From Neophaeotheca triangularis (Eukaryota): a stretch of 64,000 nucleotides of DNA. Each line of letters opens with the position of its first letter. Positions within the stretch are counted from its first letter, which is position 1. The translations under genes were made by a program, and so were the position numbers. The stretch is taken from contig BAAIJX010000014.1 of the NCBI GenBank assembly GCA_054600435.1, forward strand, positions 310,001 to 374,000. The letters run 5' to 3'. The notes under the pieces are model-generated. The model was not told where the DNA came from. It searched no databases and saw nothing but the letters and a program-made list of their open reading frames with translations. Shown here piece after piece: positions 39,926 to 52,001 of the stretch.

Positions 39926-40513
39926 TTTGGGGATGGGCTGCTGGTATAATCATCTGGCTATTCAGTTGTGGAGGCGATGGGATCGGGCGTGAGAATGCAG
40001 GGATCTGGCGATGGAAACGGTGGACACATTCAGTTGAATGCCTTGGAGAAAGAGATCATGAATCGGTGCCTAAGAGGAGCTTTCACGTAGACTCTGTCAC
40101 CAAGCTCGGGTCGGAGAGGAGCAGCTCACCGCCCATACGCGACATACAATGGTCCGCAAAGCGTCAAGGAACGGCAAAAACCCCATCAAGCTCAGTTCCG
40201 CGAAACAGGCGAAGGAAGAATTCAGGACGTCAAAGGCATAGAATTGCCATCTCCGGCGAACAAAACGATTCCAAAGCTCTTGGAGCCCTACAGCCCGGCT
40301 TCCAAAACCCATAACCCCAGTCTCCTCTACGGCTGGCTACTCTCACTGACACCCTGAATCCCTCGCCGGGAACAATTTCCAACCTGACTCAAGCGTCCAG
40401 CTCCATCTCATACCTGGCAAATCTCACTGACCAAAACGTCTCGGCATCATACCCCCAATGCTCACGAGCACTACGGCTCCTTGAAGACTCACACGCCCCA
40501 AAATCCCCCGGTG

Positions 40514-40975
40514 CCCAAAATCCCGAAAACGTCCCTCCACTAGCGTCCCCACCTACCAACCAATAGCAAGCCACGAAGGCGATCCGACAAACACTGGCCA
40601 TCGCAGCGCCGTACCCTTCGAAGCGCGACACACTCGATCGCCAACCTTTGCCGGGAGCAAACGACTCGGTGCTCACGACTCCAGAAACTTGTCTTCGCGG
40701 CAACTTAGCTCACTCCCACTTGCCCGGTGAGGTTCCATCGTGCGGGCTCTGGCGAGGACTGCGTTTCATCTTTCACCAAAAGTCAGGAAGTAGCGCGCTC
40801 CTGAGGGCGTTGATGGCGGGGCCCGGCCCAAAATGCAAAAAACATCCCTCCACTAGTGTCCCCGCCCACGAGCCAATAGCAACCCACCAAGGAACTTCTC
40901 CGACCCCCTCCATCGCAGCGCCGTATCCTTCGAAGCGCGACACGCTCGACCGCTACTTTCTGCCGGGAGCAAGCG
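40514..40975. repeat. Diverged ~150-bp direct repeat pair (40514-40663 and 40827-40975)
   Basis: Shared blocks TCCCTCCACTAG, CCAATAGCAA, CCATCGCAGCGCCGTA, CCTTCGAAGCGCGACAC and TGCCGGGAGCAA in the same order, offset ~313 bp. Confidence 0.85.
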
Positions 40976-41634
40976 GCACGGTACCGCACGCTCCCTAGCT
41001 AGGAGTTTTCGCGGCGGGTTCTGGGTACTAGGTACTTGCCTCCATTTCTCGGCGAGTTTGCTGTCGAGTACTGGCTAGGGCGGTGTTTCCGGAATGGACA
41101 CATGTGCAAGCACCAGCGCGGTCTTTAGGAATCGTATAGAGACTGGCGTGATAGGTGGTTAATCTTGCAAGGTGTTGGGTTTGGATACTTGTGAGGTTTT
41201 CTTTAAATGGGTCTAAGTAATTTGAGGTAGCTCTTTCATGTCATCAGAAGCTACTCGGTTGGTGGGATATGGTTGTTTGCCGGATTCGTTGGATGGCATG
41301 GTGTGTATACCAAAGGGTCGGAGTTTGAATTGGTCGGAGTACATGATCACGGTTCTTGTTTTTGGGGAAGCCTTGAATGTGATCTAGTTGAAAACGGAAA
41401 CAGTCTACGAGACCTCGTAAATTGGGTCTTGCCATATGTAGACTACGACGGCTCCGGAAGAAGTTCGAGGAGATTGCGTAGAGCTAGCTGCGTTGTCGGT
41501 ACCACACAACTCGCCCCCGACGTTCCATGGCAGGCACTTGCAGACATACAGACCATCAACCCAACACCGACCACCAAAGCAAAACTCCCATCACCACACT
41601 TCTTAACCCCTGAACCTCAACATGGCGAGCTCGC

Positions 41635-42900
41635 TCAACGCTCAAACCCAGTCGTCTTCTTGAAAATCGCCTGCCCCTCGGCAAACATCCTCTTCTTAGC
41701 CTGCAGCCGCTCGCGTTCTTGAGGGGGGTTTTCTACCTTGTAGTATGCAAGCATGCCGTCCAGAGCGTCCTGAGCCGAAGGGTTGTCCATGTCGGGAACA
41801 ACTTCTTCCTTCAGCTCGTTCTTGAGGACGGCGACGTTGATCGTGTCCGTCGCCGTGCTGCCGGAAGGTCCCTCTACGTTGATCCTTTGGGCGGCGCGGG
41901 TTATGAAGTCGGCTTGCTTGGCGTCACGCATCTTGGACCGCGCCTCGTGATAGGTGGCCAGGAAGATAGGGTCGTAGCTGATGGCATGGCGCGTCTTGTC
42001 GGCGATGAGCTGGCCAAGCTCTCTGTTCGCTTTGGCCCAACGTTGGTCGAGTGCCTTGTCCAGTTGAAGGTCTTGAAGACGCTCCGCAACGTCGTCAACT
42101 AGCCACGAAGCCGATGGCTTGCTGGACGAATGCAGTGCAGACTGCTTTGACGCGCTCCATGTGACGCAAAGCCAGAGTCTCCTAGCGCTCAGACTGCTCG
42201 TGGAAAAGCTGGCCCATGAGCATCGGGTTGTAGAATCCAGCGAGCTCCCTCCCACGAGTGCACACAAGAATTTGTTTGGCCCAAGCAACGGCTTCCTCTC
42301 GCTTGATAACCTCCTGGGTGTGAAGAGCAGACGCGTGGTACTGCTCGAGCTCCACATCATTGGCGTCTTCGAGAGAGTTGGTGCCGGCGGAACTTTCGGT
42401 CGCATAGAACAACTACTTTTTGTGCCCGTACTGGCGCATCTGCGCTGCGGATTGGAGGTTAGCAGAAGTTGGTGGTGTCGTATCGAGTGGTGTCCGTGCC
42501 GAGGAGGTCGTAAATTCCCCTTTCATAGTCGCCTTTGGTGGCTGCCATGACATTGGCCTGGTACTTGTTGCTCACGTCCATTAAGTAGCGCTGTTGATCG
42601 TGATAGGACGATGGAGATTTCCCGAGCTTCACCAGATCTTCCGCGACTTCCATCTGCTTCACCGCGAGTTCTTTCTCAAGGTGTGGCAATTCCTTCTCCA
42701 AGTGCCTAAAGAAAAGCTTGCACAAGCCGTCTCGGAGAGCTTTGATGCCGGCGATGTTCCGCTCAAGACCGCGGTAACTACTGGTTGAGAAGAAGTCGGT
42801 CTTGGAGGCGTTCCTCCGCTCGAACGTGAAGTCTGATTGATCACCTTCCCTAGCAGCGCTTAACTTTCTGTTATGTTGGCATTTTCTGTTGGCATGACAG
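41635..42900 (-). pseudogene. Mx-like / dynamin-family GTPase remnant (stalk and GED region only)
   Basis: Pieces in different frames: GIKALRDGLCKLFFRHLEKELP, MRQYGHKK*, TRGRELAGFYNPMLMGQLFHEQSER*, ISYDPIFL, ALDGMLAYYKV. In-frame stops at 42413-42415 and 42182-42184 plus a frameshift. No G1 P-loop seen upstream. Confidence 0.75.
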
Positions 42901-45010
42901 CCTGGTATCGGCAGGGTTGCGGAGGAGAGATCGTAGTGCTGAGAAGATATGGCGTAAAGTTCAAGGAGAGGCTGGAGGAAGAAGCTGCCCTTGAAGGTGA
43001 CCGTGCGGCAGAACAACAGGCGTGCTGGGACTACGCTCAAGCGGAGCCAGTGCTAGACTCTACTCACCAGAACACGCGCGACACCTGTGTAGGTTTGGTC
43101 CAGTGCGTCATGTAGGTCAGAAATCCTGAATTTGGCGTGCTTCACTTACTGAGGCCTATGAGACATCTGTCGTCAAGGCCCTTTGGCTGCGAGCTATGCC
43201 CATCGAATGTGGCAACACGAAGTTCTGTCAGCGCTTCTATAGCCGTCTATCTGCGGCCACGCTGCCATCTTACCTATGAGGGGCATTCAAGGGCCACGGT
43301 CCTTCTCGATAGCTTGTTGCACAATCTGCAAGCGGCTACGGACCTCAATCTAACTTCGACTATTTGCTTGCAGAGACCTGGAATGCGGTCGCCGACCCGT
43401 CGTGGAAAAATAGGCTCACCAGGACGATAGATTGAAAGCATTTCATAGCTGGAAGGACCAAGACTCCATTACCCTAGCTATTTGCCAAACCCATTGGAGG
43501 CGCTGAAGAACCCGTCAGACTAGCCGAGGCAGGTGGCTCGAACGTATGGCCGCAAGGATCATAAGCCAGGCCGGTTGCGATGTTCGACCAACCGCTCCCG
43601 AAGCTACCAAAGCAGTAGGCTCCCTTGATTAAGGCAGAGCGACACTTGAGCGGCAACGCCCTTGTATCAGCTCGTCAGCCAATACAGTAGGGGCTCCAAC
43701 CGAGTCTTGCTAGAAAGATTCCTGGATATGTTACTGTTGGATATGTTACAGCAGTGCGCTGGTACTGATAACGGATACAAGAGATAGGAGCATATGTCAG
43801 CTCCAACAAAGAGTACTTATCCCGTTGCTGGAAAGCGCACCACACCACCAAACGATCGATTGGCTCCGTCATGATTTGCACCAACCGTGCGTAACTGTAC
43901 GATACCGCGTTGAGGAATTTGACATGAGATGGTCCGCCAACTCTCATTTCGCCCGTGTTCTGGAGTAGAGAGCAAGCAGCTCACCTTTGTCAGGTCCGCG
44001 ACACTGGCTGGCGTGGTCTCGAGCTCTGCCAGAGAAGGTCATAACTCGTAGATCGGTTGAGACGAGGTGAGGTCAAAGATGGACCATTGCGTTTTCCAAA
44101 GTAGACGTGGCACTGTGGTAGCATCATGCCAAAGATAGCCTTACGGGGGCGGAGAACCGGTGTCCGAGATATCAAACAGAGCTTCGGAGTTAGGGCTTCC
44201 CGTACCAGAGTAGCTCGTACCTCGAAATCGTCAGACTCCAACAAGTCATGCGTCGTTATCAATATCAATGATCTCGTAACATCATGGCCAGACTAGACCA
44301 TGACCATGTAGGCGGTGACGGGGATCTGGAAGTAGGTACCAAGCTAGGAAACGAAAAGCACAAAGGACATACCTACCTCCTATGTTGTTGTGTAAGTAGA
44401 ATGCGGGGAAATCCGGTATGTTACCGTATGTAGGGCACACGAGTCGAAACAACAACCTGGAAGGTGAGCGGGCAATGCGCGCCAATTGGATCGCTTGCGA
44501 TAAGCTTCGTGGGTGCTCCATCAACGGCAGCTCAAAGTGCGCAGATTCGCAGAGCACTGCTCAACGGCGAGTCCAATGCCTCCCTCAGCACCCTCACCGA
44601 GTCACCACCCATTCATTCCCCGGCGGCACCGTGGAGCATGCGTCGACTGGGACCACCTCAGCAGAATCCACCGCATCGTACCACCTTGCTCGTAGATAAG
44701 GTCTCGTCTCGTGAGACAACACAGCAGCATAAGTATACCGCCCGCCTCTCCTGCTCTCTCTTCTTCCTCCTTTCCCTTCGTCGTAGCTATCTCATCTTCC
44801 TAAAAGACCCGACTTTCTGCGTAGCTCTACTCTTGCTATTACCACTTTCAGACGAGAAGCTTCAAGCAGCCATATACCTAGATACCTACGACGCTCGTTT
44901 GCCTCGGTCTGCTCCTATCGACCTGATCACGCACCTATAACAGCTCCTACAGCTCCCGGAATCCCCTCACCACACTTTCCTCTCACACCACCTCTCTCAA
45001 AGCAACAGCA

Positions 45011-45870
45011 ATGGCAGCTCCACGAAGAATGCAATGGGTTGCCCTCCGTAATCTGGCCAAAGCAGGGAGCCAGCAGCAAGTCCGACACTTGCACATGACC
45101 GGACCGGCTACCTACTCATCCCCCGTCCTTTCGCAAGAGCGCCCGGCTACAAACCTCCCACGCGACATGGCCGGTCTGCGCGCTGAGTGCAAGAGACGCA
45201 AGCTCGATGTCCGAGGCAACAAGCAAGAGGTATGCCACGCTTGCAGCAACACGCCATGAAAAACACGTCTAACAGCAGCTCCCACAGCTTGTCAACCGTC
45301 TCAACGCCGAGGAGCTCACGCAGAGCCGCGCCTTCAGCACCACGGCAGCCCAGACCAAGCGTCCAGTCGCCGAGGACAACAGCGATGCGGCAGCAGCCCC
45401 AGCCCGTCACTTCAACACCTCCCGCACCCTCAAAGCCGTCAACGACTCCTCGCCCCTCGACTTCGCCTACATGCCCTCCCAAGAAGCTTTCCAGGACGCA
45501 GACCTGTCCCTACGCGTCCCCATCCTCCCAGACAACTACAGCCCACCCCGCACAGGCGCCCACGCACCCTTAAACGACGCCTCGGTACGTACTCAACCTC
45601 ACAATCCCTAGCTTCGCTCCCCACTAATCTCCATAGGTCGTCCTCAAACCCCAAGTCAACGCTATGTCCGCGGATTCCGTCTACTTGCCTCTTCAAGAGC
45701 TCCACGACGGACACGCGATGAACATTGATTTTCATGCCTTGGCGGAGTCGGTGGCTAGTCAGGTGCAGAAGATGGGAGTGCCGATGCAGGAGCGGGCGGG
45801 TTTGATGAAACAGATCTGGGGCGATATGATGGATGATATTTTGGGGTCGAAGAGGAAGGCTGTTGCTTGA
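45011..45870 (+). CDS. Fungal protein with a SAP-like motif, probably mitochondrial
   Basis: Exons 45011-45229, 45288-45584, 45637-45870 in frame. Presequence-like N-terminus, SAP-like LRAECKRRKLDVRGNKQELVNRL, RHFNTSRTLKAVNDSSPLDFAYMP. Confidence 0.78.
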
Positions 45871-46811
45871 GAGCGATCGCTGGAAAGGATATATACTCGC
45901 GGCGTTCGCATAATAATGCGGATCGGGGACTGTTCGTAACGGCCTTTGCGTGTTTCCTGTAACGCTACGTAAAGAGGATGGTCAGTTAACATCCATTGAA
46001 GGCGGATCGAGTTGATGTCGGTTCGAGCAGCCAATCGCTGTGTATCAACCGAAATGTTCTCGAAAACAATTGTCCCGATTATCGTCGCCTGCTTCCGCGT
46101 AAGTTCACACAGGCGTCAAGAGAGTCTGGGACCTGCATCACGACATGGTCCCTGCGATGCGGCAATGTGTGATGCCAATGTGGATTCTCCATGGCAGTAT
46201 CCATACCATCCATGATTCTCCCCAAACACACTACTGGCGATATCGGCATTATTGTGTCTTCTAATTCTTGTACACTACCTGAGTACGCGTAGTGGTGGCG
46301 GCCGACGGCCATGGTCAGCCACGGTCCACCTTCCCCATACGGCCAAGACCAACCTCCAGCTGTCGAAGCTACTGTGCCTGCCGTGCCTGGCCAGTTGCTT
46401 GCTATCGCGACTGTCAGTGAGACGATTCCAACCTCATTCCGGCACACCCACGACCTCGGCGGCGCAGAGCGGCAGCCATTCTTGTAATAATACGAACCCT
46501 CTCCACCACCAGCATCGAAACCCTCTACGGCACTATCACCGCTTCGGCGTCACTCGCTCACGCCCGCTAAAACACCCCCCGTCCGTGTCCGGACAACTCC
46601 CAGGCCGATCCAACCTCATCGACAGCAAGAGTAGTCTCCAGCAAACCTCACAACCGCAACACACGACCACCCTGCTACGCACCCACCTGGCAGCAGCCTT
46701 CGCACGGCAAGCACTCCACCAGCTCTAATCCCGAGCTCTGACGCCTCACCCACACATACCGAACCCACTCCCCCAGATTACGCAGTATCCAGGCTCGAAG
46801 ACACCTCGACA

Positions 46812-48363
46812 ATGCTGCTCCCCAAGGGCGGCGTAACATGGCCCTCGGCCAAAGCGCGACTGCCGCCTTCGCGCGCGGTCTGGAAATTTCTGGCGCAGAC
46901 GCGGTTGCTCTTGGGTCTGGTTATGGTGGGGTTGGTTATACTGCTTTGGAGGGGTCTTAGGGGCGCTGGGGGCGAGATGGGAAAGTAAGTTATTCTGTTT
47001 TCTTTTGGTTTGGTTGTGCTTTTTCTTTGGCAGGGGAGAGATTGGGGGTTGGGAGTCGCCAGGATGGGTGAGGGACTGGGGGGGTTGCTGGGGTCTTGAG
47101 GATGGGTTTGAGGTTGGGAACAAGTAGAGGATTGAGAGATGAGAGTTTTATTGCGGGCGGAATCGAGTGACTCCATGATCAGGAGCTGACATTAAGCACC
47201 CAGGTTTTATTGCTTTGGTCCAGCAAAAGCGCCAATGGAAATGAGCCCCAACGAGCAAGCGCAATGGGCGGGCCACCTCCAGACACCGGTCATATTCAAC
47301 CACCACGCACCCGTCGAAGTCAATAGCACTACAATACAGCGAGTCGATCTTAACCCCATTGTCTCCACGCCGAAAGCCGTCTCCAATCAAGAGCGCGTAC
47401 TCATCCTCACACCCCTCCGCGACGCCGCGCCCTATCTGCAAGATCACTTCGACCTGCTCTCCCAACTTACATACCCGCATCATCTGATCGACCTTGCGTT
47501 TCTTGTCGGCGATAGTACGGATGACACGCTCGCTCAGCTTGCACTGGAATTGGAGAGGGTTCAGACGCGCACGGACAAGGTCCCCTTCAACAGCGCCATG
47601 ATTGTGGAAAAAGATTTTGGCGTCACTGACAGCCAGGATGTGGAGTACAGGCATAGTTTCGAAGCACAGGGACCGCGAAGGATGGCCATGGGCAAGGCGA
47701 GGAATTACCTATTGAGTGCTGCGCTGAAGCCGGAGCATAGCTGGGTCCTATGGCGGGATGTTGATGTCAAGGATAGCCCCAGCAAGATTCTGGAGGACAT
47801 GATGGCGCATGATCGGGATATTTTGGTGCCGAGTAAGTTGCTTTCATGACGTGATGGAAGTAGGAGAGACTGGGCTAACCTCGAAAACAGACGTCTGGTT
47901 CCATCGCTACGAGGACGGAGTTGACATCGAAGGCCGCTTCGACTACAACTCATGGCAAGAATCCGAAGTCGGCAGAAGACTATCCAATTCGCTCGACCGC
48001 AACGTTGTTTTGGCGGAAGGTAAAGCGCCCCTGAACATGATTTCTGACAACAAGAAACCCAACTAACCCCGTCGCGTAGGCTACCATCAATACAAAACGG
48101 AACGTACCTACATGGCCCGCATGGGCGACTGGCGTCACGATAAGGATATCGAGATCCCCCTCGATGGCATCGGCGGCGTCAACATCCTCGTCAAAGCCGA
48201 TGTTCATCGCTCGGGCATCAATTTCCCCTGCTACGCCTTTGAGAACCAAGCCGAGACGGAAGGGTTCGCCAAAATGGCAAAGCGCGCAGGCTACGGCGTC
48301 TACGGTCTGCCCAATTACGTCGTCTGGCACATCGACACGGACGAGAAACCAGGGAACGCGTAG
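46812..48363 (+). CDS. Anp1/Van1/Mnn9-family (GT62) Golgi alpha-1,6-mannosyltransferase complex subunit
   Basis: Exons 46812-46984, 47204-47832, 47891-48019, 48080-48363. Type II TM anchor, ERVLILTPLR, LTYPHHLIDLAFLV, ARNYLL, WRDVD (DxD), DYNSW, LDGIGG, ETEGFAKMAKR. Paralogue not resolved. Confidence 0.92.
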
Positions 48364-49800
48364 GTCTGCCATCGCAGCTACTCGGCAAGAAGATCGCGCC
48401 CGCTCTGGCCTTGGAAGGACAAGGCCGTGATACATACTACAACATTCTGCATACATCACAGCAAACGTCCAGCAATCTTGTCAAGCTGGACCGACCTTTT
48501 CCTCCCTTCCGCTGAATCGTAACCGTCCTTGGCCACAGCGAGGCGCTCCGGCGCAGTCCGCTCCCTTCGCAGAGGCCTAGAAGTGCTCCGCCCTCTCATA
48601 ACTTCTCGGGACAGCGCAGCCCTCGGTCAAAACCACAAAAGCGACAAAACCAGCAAGGCTCGAGCCCATCAAACTCAGACAGCGCTATCGGACACTCGAG
48701 CCCGCGCCAATCGATCAAACTTGCCAACTCCACACCCCCATTCACGCTCGTGCATACACGCTGTACGCTTCGAATCACTTCATCCTCAATTTAGCAACTT
48801 TGGCGCGGCGTTTAGGTTTCGAAATGAGTGTCGGTGTTACCCTTCCGGACTCGGAGGATTGTAGGGGACTACTGTATTGTTGTCACAACACATCGAAATC
48901 GGACAGGGAAGGGAGTTTGGGGGGGTTCTGTATGTAAGGGTCTTTTCTAAGTGAAAGTGCTGATGCCTGTTCTATGTATGCATCCCGTCGTCTAGCGTGC
49001 GTCGTCAGTGTCATCTCGGTCGTAACATCAGATTGTTTTCGACTCGTCTTCCGGGTGGGGTAGGGGCAAGGCAGGGAGCGAGGTGTCTCGGACTCTGCAA
49101 AGAGCTGGCCATGACTCGCCTCGTCTACAGTAGTCGTCGATCCCTCCTGCCTGGTCGATTTTGACCTTGCCTGAGCGTGAAAGTTACTTGCACGAGCAAG
49201 ACGATCATTACGTGCACCTCGCAAACCTTCCCCGTCTCCTGACAGGACTAGAGTCTACAAGTGCAAACTCAAAAAGTCAAAAACCACTTCACCTCACTTG
49301 TGCCCAAGAGAGCTGCCTCGGGCAAGATATGCCCTTCCAGCAGCCCAACTCACTCTTTCCCGCGCTCTCGCCCGAATCTCCCATACCCCACCAATACCAC
49401 CACCCGTGCCGCACGATCCGAGTGACGGAAGAACTGCGCCCACTCCCCGTCCACCTCCGGCAAAGCGCCTAACCGCCTGTCAAACCGCAGCTATCCTAGG
49501 GCTGAGTCCGCGTTCCACGAGATATACGTAGGCCGTACGACAACGTGCGACTGTCTTTTCGGTGCTGTGCGACTCGACAGACAGGGGTGGCCCCTGTCTA
49601 TCAAAGAAACGCGGGGGAGCCCGGCTAGCAGCCCGAGGTTGTATCTCCCTGCGAGGCGCGCGTTCGCGCTGTCGCGCTTCGTTGTCGTATGCGGGCACGG
49701 GTAGGGCGGGCGTCGGTTTTTGTGTAGGGGTCGCTGGGGATGGGCGGTGAGGGCACAAGTGGCTGTTGGTTGGGGCGATCGGGGCTGTTTGGTGAGTGGG

Positions 49801-49961
49801 TGGTGGTTATTCGAAGCAACTTGAGCTCGACCCAATTACTGTTAGGGGTTAGGGGTTAGGTGTTGGCGATTGGGATTAGGTGGGGTGAGGGCCTTTGGGA
49901 TGATTTTATTGGTTAGGTGGTTAGAATTGGGTCGTGCTCAAGTTGCTTCGAATAACCACCA
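49801..49961. repeat. 37-bp inverted repeat (one mismatch) enclosing an 87-bp G-rich, telomere-like spacer
   Basis: Arms 49801-49837 and 49925-49961; the spacer contains GTTAGGGGTTAGGGGTTAGG. Confidence 0.9.
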
Positions 49962-50483
49962 TCGTTCGAGGTGCGGAGGATTGTGGGGGGAGAAGTCAAT
50001 CGTACTATTATTGGGACAGCGCAGGGAAGGATTCGAGCAGACGGGGAGAGGCTGTTGAAGGTGCCCACTGCTTGTGGTTTCGAGTGGGTGTCTTATGGGG
50101 GGATTCTTCGATGCGCTCTCACATGTCCAGCTTCTTGCGTAGAGGTGCGTGACGTTTAATGCCTCGTGCCTTTCACGGAAATATCTCTCAAAGCGTTCAG
50201 GTCCGTTGGCCCCTTGCATTGGGGAAGCCGGCAACCCCTCCTGCACGAACGAATGCACGCCATCGTGCAGTGCGATCCGAGATTCGCGCCCTTTGTCGCC
50301 AAGCAGGCAGTTGACGGCACGGTCGTACTGAGTCGTCGAGGCTCGGTATCTAATAACCCGGTCGAGAACGCTCTTAGCTTTTGGCATGCAGAGACTCGAC
50401 AAGTCGGAAGTGGTACAACCATGGAATGTGCTGTGGAAATCGCGAACTCGCTTGCATATGGACTGTTGGTGAGAATGGAGCAC
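49938..50483 (-). CDS. Possible hypothetical protein
   Basis: 181-aa ATG ORF with mixed composition but no recognisable domain; its 3' end overlaps the inverted repeat arm. Confidence 0.2.
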   Translation of the reverse strand: MLHSHQQSICKRVRDFHSTFHGCTTSDLSSLCMPKAKSVLDRVIRYRASTTQYDRAVNCLLGDKGRESRIALHDGVHSFVQEGLPASPMQGANGPERFERYFRERHEALNVTHLYARSWTCESASKNPPIRHPLETTSSGHLQQPLPVCSNPSLRCPNNSTIDFSPHNPPHLERWWLFEAT

Positions 50484-51046
50484 GCTCTAGGTTAAGTAGA
50501 GGCGAGTCAGTCGCCTGCGTTTGTGGTGTGGCGATCGAGGCGAGTTGCTGAGGTGATTGATCTGGAACCGAAAATGTGATGAGAGAGCAGATTGAGGAAG
50601 AAAAAGAAAGGAGGGCAGAGCATAGTCAACATTTACAGGCTTTTGAATTGTAGGACAATCAGCTAAGTATATACAGTGTGGGTGATATCGTGTCCTCCGT
50701 TCCGGTCGTGACTTCGTGCGATTGGGTAAGTGACTGTGTGTCGTAATGGTATAGAGGATAAGCCGAAAGTGATAGAGATGCCTCGTCGAAAGACGTGCAG
50801 TGCAAGCCGCCGAGCCGTGTCTTTTCCTCCGTGTGAAAACGCCAAAGAATCAGTAAAGACGACTCCGGTGAAAGCTCGACGAATGGCGGTGTCGTGTATC
50901 ACGGCAGCTAGGCGGAGTGAGAGGTCCATAGGACCGCCTGAGAGCTCACTTCAAGTCGCGAGACATGTATGATGTCCGGCGAGCAAGAGCATTGGAGTTG
51001 TCGGATGTATCGTGTATAGGTTGCCAGAAAGTAAAGCGTCGTCGAA

Positions 51047-52001
51047 TCACAAACGAGAGGAGTGGTTTCGTCGAGCAGCCTCTACTTTGCGCTCCCTGGT
51101 AGCGGCAACGCGTTTGCGCTCGTCGTAGTTTCGATTTACATTCGCCTGCCTCCGCGCCTTGCGCTGTTGGAGGCTGCCAGGGGCGTCCTCGTTGCCGTGC
51201 CAGCCGTCGCGGCCGTCCAAATTGGCCATGGGCGTGTTGGCGAGAGGCGGAGGCGCGTCGGCGCCCGTAGCGGATTCCATAGCAGCTTGGGCAGCCTTGA
51301 ACGGCGCCGAGTTGCCTTTTTCGAGCTCGTCAAGGGCCCAGCTAGACAAGCAGGCGATGAGAGCCGTTGATGTGGCGAAATTCTCCCCTTTGTCCCAAGT
51401 GAGACTCGACGCCTTACCGTTGCTGGCTCGCTGCCTTTTCGAGCCCTCCCATCCGAAGAAACACTCTTTACAATCTTCCTGATCTCGGAGGAAGGCAGCC
51501 TGGCGCCCTCGGCTGATCTTCTCGCTGCCGATTTTGGCCTCCTCCTGTACAGTCCTGGGTCTTTTGACACTAGAAGATGTTGCGGCCAATGGATCTTTGC
51601 CCTTCCTAGTATTCTTGCCCTTCGTGACAGCACGGCTCGGGGCGGGAGATGTTCGCCCGATTACGCATTGGTCCTCGAATCCAGAAAGCACGGACGACGC
51701 TCTGCTGGTGGACATCGAGGGGCTGCTCGACATGGCCGGGGAGACGAAGGGTTGGAAAGACTGCGCAGGGTCCTGGTGGGACACATTTGTCTGACGTGCC
51801 TGGAGCTTGAGATGACAACCTGGGTCGTGGGCATCTCGCTGGCTGGCATGGTCAAAACGGGCTTCGCAAGAATGACAGGTGAACAGTGGATCCGTTAACA
51901 AGGTGTGGAGGGGAGGCAAACGGCTGCTTTATATCTTGTCAGCTTCATAACTCGTATGAAGAGTGATGGAGAGAAACTCACTGGTCGTTTGATTGAGACA
52001 T
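51047..52001 (-). CDS. Hypothetical nuclear protein with a zinc-finger-like motif and possible degenerate bHLH
   Basis: Exon 1 52001-51982, intron 51981-51924 (GTGAGT...GCTGAC...CAG), exon 2 51923-51047, giving MSQSNDHRLPPLHTLL. CHSCEARFDHASQRDAHDPGCH motif and basic NLS-like stretches. Confidence 0.65.

Noticed and set aside
48400..50500. Telomerase RNA, RNase P/MRP or SRP assignment for the structured tract
   Set aside because: No UAACCCUAA-type template and no conserved RNase P/MRP or SRP boxes recognised; kept only as an unassigned candidate.
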